Of a stretch of 64,000 nucleotides of DNA, positions 32,911-48,930 are shown piece by piece (position 1 is the stretch's first letter; each line of letters begins with the position of its first letter). The notes below the pieces were generated by a model. It worked only from the letters and a program-made list of their open reading frames with translations, did not search any database and had not been told where the DNA came from. A program made the translations under genes and the position numbers. The DNA is from the human T2T-CHM13v2.0 reference genome, Homo sapiens. The stretch lies in NCBI RefSeq assembly GCF_009914755.1, contig NC_060932.1. The stretch is one strand, 5' to 3'.

Positions 32911-32964
32911 TTATCATTGTTACCTTTATTCTAATCCCTAAACTCTAACATGTGAGGCATGTAA

Positions 32965-33358
32965 TGACTATTTTATGATAGGACGGATGGTAGAAACTGA
33001 TAGCTGATCACCAAACCCATTTCTCCTTTTCTTGTGTATATGATAGACTATATTTCACCCTCTCTCTTGCAATATAAGATGAACAAAGGAATGTGAGTAG
33101 AAGAAATATGCATCTCTCTAGGCCTAGCTCAAAACCTCCTATGAGACTCTCCATATTCCTTTCCCCTCTGGCTTGAAATAGACAAGTGAGGTGAACTTGG
33201 AAGCCACAAATTATAGATTGCAAAATCACATAATTGAAGAAATCTCTCATAAACACTCATTTTGGGGGCTTTATTGCAGAAGAAATAAACTTCAATTGCA
33301 TTAAGCTACTGAAATTTCAGGTTATGTCTGTAGAGAGCAGCTGGAGTTACTTTAACAT
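32965..33358 (+). mobile_element. Old MLT1 (J/I-type) LTR
   Basis: agaaataaacttcaattgcattaagctactgaaatttcagg. Confidence 0.6.
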
Positions 33359-33681
33359 TAGAAGTTTTTAATTCTTTGGTCTCTTTCTGCAATTGATCAA
33401 ACTATGAGGAGAAAGAAAAAAAGTTCAATTTGTCTCTCTTTTTGTTTTGTTGCTTTTGCTTTTTGGGTCATATCTAAGAAAAACTTCAGCCTAGCCACAA
33501 ATATTCTCCTAAGAATTTTATACTTTAGCTGTTATACTGAAATTTAGGACCCACTTTGAGTTGATTTGTGTGTATGTTCTGAGGCAGGAGTCTAACTACA
33601 TTCTTTGCATGTGGATATCCAGTTCTCCCAGCACCATTTATTGAAAGGATTATTATTTGTATATTGCCTTGTTTTTCCATC

Positions 33682-34090
33682 TGTATTAGGCCATTTGCAT
33701 TGTTATAAAAAAAAACCTGAGGCTGGGTTACATATAAAGAAAAGAGGTTTAATTGGCTCACAATTCAGCAGGCTGTACAAGCATGATGCTAGCATCCATT
33801 TCTGGTGAGGCCTCAGGAAGCTTACAATCATGGTGGAAGGCAAAGGGGGAGCAGGCATCTCACATGGTGAGAATGGGAACAAGAGACAGTGGGGAAGTGC
33901 CACACACTTTCAAACAACTAGGTCGTGTGTGAACTCAGAGTGAGAGCTCACTCATCACCAAGGGAATGGTGCCAAGCCATTGATGAGGGATCCCCCCCAT
34001 GGTCCAAATGTCTCCCACCAGGCCCCACTTCCAACACTGGAATTACGTTTCAACATGAGATTGGGAGGAGACAAGCATCCAAACTATATA
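33682..34090 (-). mobile_element. MST MaLR solo LTR
   Basis: tgtattaggcc...gaggcctcaggaagcttacaatcatgg...catccaaactata. Confidence 0.9.
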
Positions 34091-35616
34091 AAGAAATCAA
34101 TAGACCATAGATGTAGGTATTATTTTGAACTCTCAATTCTATTCCATTTATGTGTATATCTGTCTTCTGCAAGTACCACACTGTCTGGATTACCACAGCT
34201 TTACAGTAAGTTTTGCAATCAAGAAGTATGATTCCTCCAATTTTGCTCTTATTCAAAAGTGTTTTGGCTATTTTGGTTCCCTTGTATTTCTATATGACTA
34301 CTAGGATCCACTTGTCAATATCTGAAAAAAATGCAAGCTGGATTTTGATAGGGATTTCTTTGAACATTTAGATTAATTTGTAGAGTATGGCCATTTTAAC
34401 AATATTAAATTTTCCAATCCACAAACATAGGCTATCTTTCTGTTTATGTAGATTCCTTTTAACAGTGTTTTGTAATTTTCAGTGTAAGTCTTACACTATT
34501 TTTGTTAATTTTATTACTAATTATATTAGTTTTTTAATAATATTATAAATGGGATTGTTTTCTCAATTTTATTTTTGCATTGTTATTGCTATTGTGTAGA
34601 AATATAATTCATTTATGCCTGTTAATTTCATATTCTGCAATCTAGCTGAACTCATTTTATTAGTTCTAATATGTATTCTTCTTGGTGTATCTCTTAGGAT
34701 TACCTACACAAAATGCAGGCCATTTGCAAGAGGAGGTAATTTTAATCCTTACTTTGCAATCTGAATGCCTTTTATTTCTTTTTCTTCCCTAATTTCCCGG
34801 GTAGAATCTCTAGTGTTATGCAGAATGCTGTCTTCTTCATCATTTTAGGGGGGAAGCATCCAGTCTTTCACTATTAAGTATAATGCTAGCTGTAGGTTTT
34901 TAATAAATGCCCTTTATCAGATTAAGAAAGTTCTGTTCTATTCATAGTTTATAGAGTGTTTTTAATCATGAAAGAGTGTTGGATCTTGTTAAATGCTTTT
35001 TGTTGCATCTATTGAGATGATGAATGGTTCTGCTCTTTATTCTATTAATATAGCATATTACATATTACAAAATTGATTTTCAGATGTTAAATCAACCTTG
35101 AATTCCTTGGTTAAATCTCACTTGGCCATAGTATATAATCATTTTAATATGTTTCTGGATTCAGTTTGCTAATACTTTTTGGGGACTTTGTGTCTATATT
35201 TGAAAAGTCTGTAGACTATAGTTTTTTATGAGGTCTTTGGTTTTGGTTTGAGGGTAATACTAGCCTTGTAGAATGAATTGAAAAATAATCCTCCCTCTTT
35301 TTTGAAAGAATTTGTGAAGAGTTGGTATTATTCTTTAAATGTTTGGCAGAATTTACAAATGCTGTTATGTGAGACTCTAATTTTATTTGTGTGATTTAAT
35401 TACTAATTCAATTTTCTTATTATAGGTCTGTTCAGATTTTATCAGGTTTTTTATTAACTCTATTTCTTAGAAAAGTTTTAGATTTAGAGAAAAACTGAAC
35501 AGAGGCTACAGAGGTTCTATATATCCCCACACACAGTTTATTCTGTTATTAACAATTTATATTATTATGGCACATTTGGTACAATTAATGAACAAATATT
35601 AATATATTATTATTAA

Positions 35617-36099
<483 letters not shown>

Positions 36100-36652
36100 A
36101 TGCCTTGTTTTTGATGACCTTGACAGTTTTGAGGAGAACTGAACAGGTACATTTGATTTCAGAAAGAGCATGTACGAGTCTCAGAGTCAAAACAGACTCT
36201 CCTTATCTTGTTGTAAAAAATAAAGATAAAGTCTATGCAGGACTTACTACAGAGGCCATTATACAGTAGGTACTTTACAAAATGGTCCCTTAATTCTATT
36301 GCATCTTATGTTATTTGCTTTATCGTGAATGCTTATTTTTTAACTTTTTCTTCACGATAAATCTGTCCTTTTCTTTAAATCATGAACCATAAAGTTTCCC
36401 CTCATGCATTCTCTGAAGTGCTTGATTCAGTGCTAAGCTTGTGCTGTATGTCCACCATTAATATGGTGATTAATTATTTCAGAAAAGCAAAGGTCCCTTA
36501 TCCCACGACTTGAATTCCTTAAGCATTTAGAACTCAGCGATTAATTTCTTACAGGATAGGAAATATATAACACATCATAATTCTCATTGGGTGCTTATAT
36601 TTTAGTTTGAATGAGTTATCTGATTCTATCTGTTCTACGAAAATATATGGTA

Positions 36653-37013
36653 TATATTAGTCTGTTCTCACACTGCTACTAAAGACAACCTGAGACGAGG
36701 TAATTTATAAAGGAAAGAGGTTTAATTGACTCACAGTTCCACATGGCTGAGGAAGCCTCACAATCATGGAGAAAGGCAAAGAAGGAGCAAAGTCATGTCT
36801 GACATGGCAGCAGGCAAGAACATGTGCAGAGGAACTCCCCTTTGTAAAACCATCAGATCTCATAAGACTTATTCACTGTCACAAGAACAGCATGGGATAG
36901 ACCTGCCCTCATGATTCAATTACCTCCCACCTGGTCCCTCCCACAACCTGTGGGAATTATGGGAGCTACAATTTGAGATGAGATTTGGGTGGAGACACAG
37001 CCAAATCGTATCA
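36653..37013 (-). mobile_element. THE1 solo LTR
   Basis: Full THE1 LTR with exact 5-bp TSD tggta at 36648-36652 and 37014-37018. Confidence 0.95.
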
Positions 37014-37103
37014 TGGTATAAGTGGTAGACTCATTTGCTAGCTCCAATATTTTCTCCCCCAGTAGCATGATCCTTGCCAAATGACCTTGCAAGTCTCGTA
37101 TCT

Positions 37104-37402
<299 letters not shown>

Positions 37403-37411
37403 TTTTCATTC

Positions 37412-37758
37412 TTATCTTAGTCAGTTCAGGCTGCCATAACAGAATAGCAGAGGTGGGATGGCTTAAACATCAGAAATTTATTTTCATAGTTCTTGAGACT
37501 AGGAAGCCCAAGATTAAGGCATGAACAGATGTGATGTCTGGCGAGACCCAATTCTTGATTTGCAAATAGCCTTCTTGTTATATCTTCACATGGCAGAAAA
37601 CATACAGAAAGGAAACCCTGTGTCGCTTCTTATAAAGACACTAACCCCACTCATAAGTGTTTAGCCCTAATGACCTAATTACCTCCCAAAAGCCCTGTCT
37701 CCTAACACTATCACACTGGGGGTTAGGATTCCAATGTATGAATTTTTGGGGAACACAC
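37412..37758 (-). mobile_element. MLT1A-like LTR
   Basis: tcttagtcagttcaggctgccataaca...tgaatttttggggaacaca. Confidence 0.85.
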
Positions 37759-38854
37759 AAAGTGAAGAAATAACAGTGTGACATTTCTAAGCCTAGACCT
37801 TTAAAAGCCTTTATTGTCTCCACTTGCCTTCCTGAACTCTACCATCTCCATGAGGAGAATATTCCCATACTAGCCCACAGGCTGAAAGGAGAATGAGAGA
37901 CACATAGAGCAGAGCTACTCCAGATAATGTTCCCCAGCCAAGTCCTGCCCAGTACAGAATCTACAGAGAACCTGCATATATATGAGCAAGCTCAGCTTAG
38001 ATTACCTAACCTGCAGCCAACCTATACTTGTGTAGGTTATAAAAATACACGATTTTTTCTAAAGACATGCAATATGGGGTAGCTGTTATGCAGCAACAGC
38101 TGATGGATTCAATAGGTTATAAGTTTGGGCAGCCAAGTATTGAGATGGGCAGGTGAATTGACCACCAATGGACTGTCACAGGAGCAGGGAGTGAATCCAA
38201 GAATATCAGATACCAACATTGTTCTAAGTCTTTGTGGCATGCTGTACTGAGACTGATTACATGGGTACAGTGGGTGGACAGGGGAGTCTACTGCCATTGG
38301 AGAAAATCTAGGAGAATCTGCTTTCTTTTCTTCAACAGATATATTATGTGTCTAATAATAATAAAATTTACTATTTGTTGACTGCTTACCATTTGACATG
38401 CATTGTGATGAGTAATACACAGATACAAAGCCAGCAAGATACACCTAAGTCCATTTACAAAAAGATATACAATTACTTTTACAATATGGCAAAATAAATG
38501 CAAGAATAAGGGCAGTGAAATTTGCTATTGGATAAATCAGAAAAGATACCTCAATAAGACTCGGGAAAAAGGAAAAGCTGGGCCAAAAATTGACAATCAT
38601 TGGCCAAACAAAGGGGAAGGGGTAAAGGAAGGGAACATAAAATATAACAGGCACTGAATATTAAACTCTCACTCTGCACCAGCCACTGCTGTGTGCTTTA
38701 CAAGTACGAAGCACACCAACCATGCTTACACCAACCATGTGAAGCTATAACTCTCCTAATGCTGCAGATGAAGAACAAAGCAAGGTCATGTGACTTGCCC
38801 AAGACCATAGACTTGATTGGCAGAGAGATGTAGTTGGATCCCAATCCTTCTGCT

Positions 38855-39220
38855 TGTTAAATTAAATTAAATTTGGCCTAACACTGATATGTACATAGTG
38901 AACTGTAGCCTAACTTAACGTGTAAGCAAACTACAACCTTGAAAATATATTCTTTGTACAAATAATGTAGCTCCAACAATCATAGCAGCCAAGTATTTAG
39001 CCAATCATAGGCTGCAAACTGCTCACACATATCCAAATAAGGCAGACACCCACGCCATAACCGATGAGACTATTTCTGTGTGTCATTTTCTTTTTCTTTC
39101 TTTAAGTACCACCTGTCCACGTTACTGGGTGGAACTCTCTGAATCTTTACTGGTTTAGAGTGCTACCTACTTCATGAATCATTTTTTTTGCTCAAATAAG
39201 TTATGCTAAATTTAAATTGT
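38855..39220 (+). mobile_element. MER57-like ERV1 LTR, 3' end truncated
   Basis: tgttaaattaa...gtacatagtgaactgta...ccaatca...caaataaggca...tgctcaaataa. Confidence 0.75.
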
Positions 39221-39692
39221 CAAACAGGCAACCTACAGAATGGGAGAAAATTTTTGCAATCTACCCATCTGACAAAGGTCTAGTATCCAGAATTTACTAG
39301 GAACTTAAGCAAATTTACAAGAAAAAACAACCCCATCAAAAAGTGGGCAAAGGACATGCACAGACACTTCTCAAAAGAAGACATTTATTTGGCCGACAAA
39401 CATAAGAAAAAAAGCTCAACATCACTGATCATTAGAGAAATGCAAATCAAAATCACAATGAGATACCATCTCAAGTCAGTCAAAATGGTGATTATTAAAA
39501 AATCAAGAAACAACAGGTGCTGGCGAGGCTGTGGAGAAATAGGAACTTTTATACTGTCCATGGGTATGTAAATTAGTTTAACCATCGTGGAAGACAGTGT
39601 GGTGATTCCTCAAGGATCTGGAACCAGAAATATCATTTGACCCAGAAAGCCCATTACCGGGCCTATACCCAAAGAAATACAAACCATGCTAT
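39221..39692 (+). mobile_element. Internal L1PA/PB ORF2 fragment, truncated at both ends
   Basis: aacaggcaacctacagaatgggagaaaatttttgc...atacccaaagaaatacaaa; ORF 39356-39571 is L1 ORF2-like; no 3'UTR or poly(A). Confidence 0.92.
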
Positions 39693-40864
39693 TTTTTTGA
39701 CACAATTTTAGCCAGCACACCATAGTGTTCTCATTCTCTCTTTCTTCATGACCACCCTGAGAACACCAAGGTCTTGGCCTAGTAAAAAGAGAAGTCCTTT
39801 TCCCAAGTTCATGATCACTTTCCTCTCTTCCTGAAGACGGGGCTTTCTTTCTGGTTTCTGGGAAATTAACCTTAAACAGCTGTGTCACACTATGCTCAGA
39901 AATAGGCCAACCAGCTGGCATAATGCCAGATTGTTGGTCACGGCATCGCAAAAGCAAGAAAAGATCTGTGCAGATGTTTTGCTGTAACATTGGCCTCCAA
40001 GCCTCCCACATAAAGACCTTCCAGCCAGAGCCAACATTCACTCTTAGCACTCACAAGCCAGTGACTACAGTCTCCAACCCCAAACAGGGAGGCAGAGAAA
40101 GTGAGCTTGAGAGTCTATTGCTCTTAAAAGCAGTGCCAAGGCATAAAACAAGAGAATTTCAAGATGCAAAGCCCATCCAGCGACAATTTGGGGAAGCTGC
40201 GCTGGGGTACGTGAGCTTTGCTGGCAAGCTGCTCAGTACAGCTGGACATAATAGGATGTTGGTCTGGGAAGCCTCTTCTTGCTGCAGGCTGCCTGGCACA
40301 CTAGTCAGAGGTGAAATCCAGTGAGACAAGAATATGATTCTACATTCCATTGGAGCAGCCTGGGATACTCTTCAAGCTAGGGCACATGGAAATATTTTAA
40401 CCTACAAAGAAAGGGGCTTTCCATGGATTTCCCAATAATATGCATTTATCTGAAAAGGAAAGTAGAAAAAGCCCTGCTGGTCAAACAGAAAGCAGGTCTG
40501 TCCTCCACACAGTACACGCACTGTTCTGGCTTCATTCTTATGGAACAGACACCATGACGCACACTGTTTCAAATAACTGACTATTTGCTTCTCATTTGAG
40601 ATGCATAATCTGCTCAATAAAACGGGCACTTAATAACCCTCCTTTTGCAACAGAACAATTGAGTTAGTTGCTAGCCAAACATTTCTGTCTCTCACCCTGA
40701 TCAAACATCCATGAGTGAAGGAGGAAACTTTTCAGTGTTTCTCCAACATAGCAGGCTCTTTCCTGGCTTTCTGCCTTTGCATAAGCTGGTCATTTTGTCT
40801 AAAAAAACTGCTTTCTTGTTTAAATTGCTCAATTATCCTTCCGGATAGCAATGATAGTGCTGCT

Positions 40865-41065
40865 GCTAATGATAATGATAAGTAGCATAGAATATGTGTG
40901 ACTGCGTGCTCTGTGCCTGGCATTGCACCTAGAACTTTATTACAGATTATTCTATTTATTCCTAAAAACAACTTTAAGACATAAGTGATTTTACTTACCC
41001 TATTTTACAGACAAGCAAATTCAGACACAGAAGGATGTTGTGCCCAAGGCATATGCCAACTAAGT
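40865..41065 (-). mobile_element. MIR SINE
   Basis: ctctgtgcctggcattg...cctattttacaga. Confidence 0.7.
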
Positions 41066-41074
41066 GCCAAAACA

Positions 41075-42180
41075 CTGTACTACACACCAACTAAAAAGGC
41101 TAAACTGAAAAATACAGACCATGCCAAGTGTGGTTAAGAAAACTCTCAAACATTGCTAGTGGGAGTAACGTAAGTTGATACAAATTACATTTGAAAACCC
41201 TTCAATAGTATTTATTAAAGTTGAAAATAAAGCATAGAAATAGTTTTATTCCAAGGTATATAGACCTCCAGAAAGGAAAATATATGTTTATCTGCTAAAG
41301 ATGAACATAAGAATACCAGTAATTCTGTTCCAGGGTATATAGACCAAGAGATTCATACAATAATGTTAAGAGCAGCATTATGTGTAATAGCCCCAAATTG
41401 GAACTATTCAAATGCCATCAACAGTAGAATGGATAAAACTGCATAAATTTACTAAATGGAATAATAGACTACAGCATGAAAGTGAACAAATTGCAACTAA
41501 GTCTAACAATATTAAAAAGCTCACAAAAATAAGAGAAAGAAGCTATAAACAAAAAAGAATATATGTATATATATGTATATATAATGATTTCATTATATAA
41601 AATTGAAAAACAGATAAAATTAACCTATGCTATTACAAATTAGGATAGTGGTTACCCTTGGGGCATGGCAGCAACTGCAATGGGAGCCTCTGGGATGCTG
41701 ATAATTTTCTGTTCTTGATTTTGAGGCTGGTTACACCAGTATGTTTACTTTATAAAAAACAGGCTGGATGCAGTGGCTCAAGCCTGTAATCCCAGCACTT
41801 TGTGAGGTTGAGGCGAGAGGACTGCTTGAGCCAAGGATTTTGAGAACAGCCTGGGCAACGTAGGAAGACCCCATCTCTACAAAAAAAAAAATAAAAGTAT
41901 TGATATTAACCAGGTATGGTGACATCTGCCCTTAGTCCCAGTTACTCTGGAGGCTGAGGTGGAAGAATCACTTGAGCTCAGGAAGTCAAGGCAGCAGTGA
42001 GGCGTGACCACACCACTACACTCCAGCCTGGAAAACAGAGCAAGATCCTGTCTCAAAAAACAAAAAACAAAAATAAACAAACAAACCAAAAACCCATCTG
42101 ATGGTACACTTAGAATTATTCTCACTTTTCTATATGTATGTATGATATACATATTTCAATAAAAAGTTTAACATTTAAAA
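41075..42180 (+). mobile_element. L1ME-type 3' fragment interrupted by an Alu
   Basis: taatagccccaaattggaac...tcaacagtagaatggataaa...tttcaataaaaagtt. Confidence 0.85.
41762..42092 (+). mobile_element. AluJ-like
   Basis: Full dimer, diverged. Confidence 0.92.
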
Positions 42181-43204
42181 AAAGGTTGGTCTGAGCAAAC
42201 TTAAAGCTCATGCTCTTAACCTCTGAGGGATATATTCATATTTTAAAAATAATTCAGAATGCAATATATCCCGGAATACACAGCTATTCAAACATACTTT
42301 GCTTCAAAATGCATTTTCTACATATGGCCTCTGATAGCACTTAACAACTTATGTAATGATCTGGTCCCCACCCACTCAACTGAGAGATTCTTGAACAGGA
42401 AACCTCTGCATTATATTTCTTAGTATCCCAAACTGTTAGCACAGGGTATGAAACACACTTGTCTGTCTTTGGCTGTTTGGTAAATCAGTGAATACATTTC
42501 TGTATTCTGAATAAGTGCTGTCTAGAGAAAGGGCTGCAATGGGGGCCAAATGTTTAAGATATGATATGCCTGTGCTACAGAAAACTGGCAGAATCAACTA
42601 CTGTGATCCACATGCACTCATCCCAACCAAAACAGCAAAATTAATGTGCCAATAGAAAGGAACTTTGGACTGTTTATGTACCTGATTACAGGACTGCAAA
42701 GCACTTTCTTTACAGCAAATACTCTCCTGGTTTTAAGTGGGAGAAATTGAGATTCAGGATATCCAGCAACTTGTATAGAGCCCCTGAGAACACTGCAGAG
42801 GGGAAGAAAAAACAGAATCCAAGGATCCTTGAAATCTAAGTCTTCATTCTTTGCAATCAATGCTAAGAAATAGGCAAAGAAGATATATTTAAGTGGTCCC
42901 TAAATACATGACCCAAAGTGATATCCTCCAAAAAGAATCCTGCATTGTCTTTGTCTTTTTTGGAGTTCAGGCATTGAAGATTTCTATTACAACTTAAATA
43001 TGTTAGTTAGGAGCCACCAGTACTATATAAATCAGGTTATATCCATTAACAGCGTAGCATTCAGTCTCTCTTGGCATTACAATATCAATTGTGTAATATG
43101 TGATTTGTTTCAGAACTTAGTCAGATGCTCAGGGAACCCATAACACACAAGCATATTTCTGTCAAAAACTTTTTAAACGTTTTTTGTTTAATAAAATAAA
43201 CACA

Positions 43205-43405
43205 GCACTGTGTAGTGCAAATAGTACTGACAACAGACTTAAGTCTGAATTAAAATTCTATCTCTGTCCTTTAAAATGTGTAACTTTGGCAAGGACCCTA
43301 ACTTTCTCATGTATAAAACGGAGATGATATTTACCTTGTAGTTATTATGAGGAATAAAGAAAATGTATACAAAGCACTTAGAACAATAGTACTTATTATT
43401 GTTAT
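43205..43405 (+). mobile_element. MIR SINE
   Basis: tgtgtaactttggcaag...aaagcacttagaaca. Confidence 0.7.
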
Positions 43406-45200
43406 TATCAAAGAAAAGATATTGGTATCTATTATGGAATATTCATACTGGTTTCTAAACTCATAATCACTATAAGAAAAGAAGATTTGGGAACATTAAC
43501 TGGTGTTACTAAGTCTTTCCTTGAAATGCTATATCTGGGGCCTTAAGCAAACACAGGGTCCTCTTTGTCCATATATGGTATAGGTCTGCTCACTTCTCTA
43601 CACCAGCCCAAGCCCAAGAAATGCCATGTCGGAATGATCCTGAATGTGAAAGAATCATAGACATCTTCCCCTAGTTCTAAATAAAAGAATGTTATCCAGT
43701 ACAGAAACCACATTTTTATCTGAGATATCCTGTCTATAAATGAGAAGCCCTTATTTTAAAATAATGTTTTTAGTATCTATAATTACCAACTATGAGGGCA
43801 ATGTATCCGAATAAGTTAGAGTCTAAAATGACAGATCTTAAGACAATTGAATAATTTAAAAATCCTTAATAATAAAACTTTACCTGCCACAAAATTTAAA
43901 CAATTGGCCCAGAACACAGTTTAGATTTTATCTTTGTCTTAGCTAGAGGGAAAAAACCTGTGAGAAAGATTAAAATAAGTAACTGAAACCTGGGCTCCAC
44001 AAAATCTGCTACAGTGCTGAAAGTACTATAGCAGATACTTTTTAGGGAATACTCCCTAATTTATGTTTTATAATTTAGAATTGTAGTATGCTCATAAATC
44101 TGATAATTTGAAATTTGTGAGGTTTTGCTATAGTCTAAGAAGTCAACAACGGCTAACAGTGTCCAACTAGTGGAGAAAATATAGGGGAAAAAATGTTTAT
44201 TCCATCACACTCAAACTCCCATAACATTGTTTTATGGTTTTTGGAAATGCATTTTTTTTAACTTTTTGACTTGAGATAATTGTAGATTCACGTGGAGTCA
44301 TATGAAACAATACAGAAATTTCCTATACACTTTACCTAGTCTCCGCCAATGGCAATATCTTGCACAACTATGATACAGTAACACAACCAAGAAATTGACA
44401 TTGATGCAATTCTCTGCCTAATTCAGATTTTACCTGTTTTATCTGCACTCCTTTGTGAGCATATGTGTATTTCAAAACATGTGTAGATTAATGTGAACTT
44501 CATTACAGTCAAGATACTGAATATTTCCATCAGAGATACCCAGTGCTCCTCTTATAACCAGTCACCCCTTTCCCCCTCCCTGACCCTCCCTCCTAGCAAC
44601 TTCTAATTTGTTCTTCATGTCTATAATTGTGTAATTTCAAGAAAATTACACAATTTTTAAACTCAACATAATTCACTTGAGAGATCAATAGTTCATTCAG
44701 CATAAAATGCTAAGCAATATCCCATAGTATAGATATATGACAGTTTCTTGAACCATTCACCCATTGAAGGGCATTTCGGTTGTTTTAGTGTTTGGCTATC
44801 AGGAATAAAGCTGCTATAAACATTCATCTAGAGGCCTTTGTGTAGAACTACAGTTTTCATTTCTCTGAGATAAATGTCCAACAGTATAATTATTCAGCCA
44901 TATGGTAATCATATGTTTAGTTTTGTAGAAAACTGCCACACACTTTTTCAGAGAGGCTGTGGGTTTATCATTTCACAATCCCACCAGCAATGTTTAAGTG
45001 ACTCAATTTATCCATATCTTTATCAGCATTTCTTGTTATTACTATTTTCTATTTGTACTTTTCTGATAGGTGTATAGTGATATCTCACTGTGGCTTTAAT
45101 TTGCATTTCTCTAATGGTTAATGATATTGAACATCATTTTCCATGCTTATTTGCCTTCAGTATATCGTCTTTTGTGAAATATCTGTATTTTGCCCATTTG

Positions 45201-45261
45201 TATTAATTTGGTGCAAAAGAAATTTGGCAAAAATCTCAATTACTTTTGCACCAAACTAATA
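45201..45261. mobile_element. MADE1 (Hsmar1-derived MITE), internally deleted
   Basis: TIRs tattaatttggtgcaaaag ... cttttgcaccaaactaata. Confidence 0.85.
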
Positions 45262-45483
45262 CATATTCTAATAACATTGGGTTTTTTATGCTAAGTTTTG
45301 AGAGGTCTTTATATGTTTTGGACACAAACAGTTTTGTTAGATATGTGGTTTACAGACATCTTCACCCCGTCTGTACCTTGTCTTTTAAGCTCTTCACAGG
45401 ATCTTTTACAGAACAAACATGATTCATTTAGATGAGGTCCAACTTATCATTTTTTCTTTTATGAATTATATTTTGTGTTTTCA

Positions 45484-45787
<304 letters not shown>

Positions 45788-45999
45788 CTACAACAATGTA
45801 ATATTTTTTAAATCTCCAAAATGAAATCTGTGCTTGTGTTTGAAATGCATTTTATTAGCTGTTTTGGTCCCCTTCCCTCCTTAAGCTTGCAGCCTTGTGG
45901 GGAGGATGCCTTCATGAAGAGCAACACTAAGCAGTGTAAAATAAAGTGCAGTGTTGAATGAAGCCTGTATGAATTCTGCAATGAGCCAGAATTGAGCTA

Positions 46000-46900
<901 letters not shown>

Positions 46901-47148
46901 TAGACTATTGTTATGAAGATCACATGTTCACAGAGTGCTGGCTTTTGTTGTGTTATCATTAATGCTATTTCATAGAATGAATTTATTTTCCTCATTGCCA
47001 ACAGAAATGAGATACCTTGCTATCTGGCAGAAAAATAACCGTGCGACTATTGAAGTTACATGCTCTGTGAATAAAATCTAACAACATAAAAACCATACCA
47101 AACATTATTTTGGTATTAATAGCTCTGTGATATCATACTAGAAATTGG

Positions 47149-47490
47149 GGCTAGGCATGGTGGCTCGCACCTGTACTCCCAGCACTTTTGTGAGGTTAAG
47201 GTGGGAAGATTGCTTGAGGCCAGAAGGTCAAGATCAGCCTGGGCAACATAGCGAGATCTTGTCTGTACTAAAAAAAAAAAAAAAAAAAAGCAGGTGTGGT
47301 GGCATGTACCTGTAGTCTTAGCTACTCAGGTGGCTGAGGCAGTAGGATCCCTTCAGCCCAGGAGTTCAAGGCTACGGTGAGCCCTGATCGCACCACTGCA
47401 GTCTAGCCTGGGTGACAGAGCAAAACTGTGTCTCAAAAAAAAAAAAAAGAAAGAAAAGAAAAGAAAAAAGAAGAAAGAAAAGAAAAAAAA
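47149..47490 (+). mobile_element. AluJ-like
   Basis: Full dimer with A/G-rich tail. Confidence 0.92.
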
Positions 47491-48189
47491 GACAAGAAAT
47501 GGTATAACTTGAATTTGTTAAAGATTTTGAATATTAACTTATATGCTAATTTTTGTCATTTTAATTACGTTAAAGACCCCATCCAGGTGTTCTTCTAAAG
47601 ATCTTTGATTCTTTGAAGACCATTTTCATCCTTTTTTTTTTTTGGTATTAAAGAGCTAAAATTACTTCAAGAAGAAAAAACAAACAAACAAACAAACAAA
47701 CAATAACACCTCACTGGGCACAGTTCTGTTGCCACACCAGTCATTTTAACCAGGAAAATACTTCACCTCCTGCCATACCCCATTCTCATATTTACTCTCC
47801 AGAGGCTTCCCTAAATACATCACCTCTGCTTACACACTTCTTCCACATTTATTCAGTTAAATTAGCTTTCTTTATCCTCAAAATGGTATTCAGGTATCAC
47901 CACTTTTTCAGAGAGCATTAACTAATTTGTCTTATAGACTTAGGTCTATATTTTCTGATCATCCTATCAATACAAAGAATGATAATAAAACTAGGCGACA
48001 GTGGAGTATTTATTTTCTACCAGAAAAACAAATGACGTATTATTGTTCTCCTCATCATATTAATATGAAAAACAAGATTTAGAGACATTAAGTAACTTAT
48101 GTAAGGTCCTAGAACTATCAAATCACAGAGTTTAAATTTGAACTTTTTCAGGCTTTGTGCTGCTTGGATTGCAATCATTATTTACATCC

Positions 48190-48930
48190 ACGGTTTCCAA
48201 AGTGTGCATACAGATATCCTGAGCTGCCCCAACAAACTCATAGGAGTGCTACAGTATATTGTTATACTTTGAGGGAAGCATAGTGTTACTCTCTGACCCT
48301 GCAGAAACCTCTTGCTTGAGGTAGTTCATAGGCTCAACATTAGATTACACTACATTACTTTCAATGACAACATAAACTGAGTGTTTCATGGTTGCTGTGT
48401 TAAAGGACAAACACTGAGCAAAAAAAATCAGTGTGGAAGAGGAAATGAGCATGGTCATGTCCAATCTGGTTCCATGTTTTGACCACCTGTGTTATGCCTG
48501 ACAGGTGTACATACTACATTCATTAGTAAGTAATTGTGGCCACTTAAGATGGTATTTTTTCTTTCAATGTATGTGTTACTTTTTCTGTTCCAATGGCTAC
48601 TAAGTTGTTAGGATATAAATATGTATTACTTTGCCTGGACCTGACCAGATGTGGTGGCTTAAGTCTGTAATCCCAACAGTCTGGGAGGCCAAGGTAGGAG
48701 GATCACTTGCGCCCAGGAGGTCGAGGCTGCAGTGAGCCATGATTGTGTTACTGCACTTCAGCCTGGGTAGACAGAATGAGAAACTGTCTCAAAAATAAAT
48801 AAATACTGTTTCCTGAACCTAACTAGTTAATAAAGGCAACTTTCAGGTATTTCGTTTAGTCTATGAGTGTTATGAAAAACTTATTATGACACTAAAGACA
48901 TCATGAATGGAGAAAGTTTGGAAATCTCTG
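48190..48930 (+). mobile_element. hAT-Charlie (Charlie4-like) non-autonomous element
   Basis: Inverted termini cacggtttccaaa / tttggaaatctctg; internal SVEEEMSMVMSNLVPCFDHLC resembles a hAT transposase C-terminus. Confidence 0.7.
48643..48803 (+). mobile_element. Monomeric Alu (FRAM/FAM-like)
   Basis: Single ~150-nt monomer with A tail and imperfect TSD tact..t.cctg.acct. Confidence 0.85.

Noticed and set aside
41244-41345. Repeated ttcca(a/g)ggtatatagacc motif
   Set aside because: Local duplication inside an old L1ME; nothing suggests function
45201-45261. Short hairpin as a miRNA precursor
   Set aside because: Internally deleted MADE1; no evidence of processing from sequence alone
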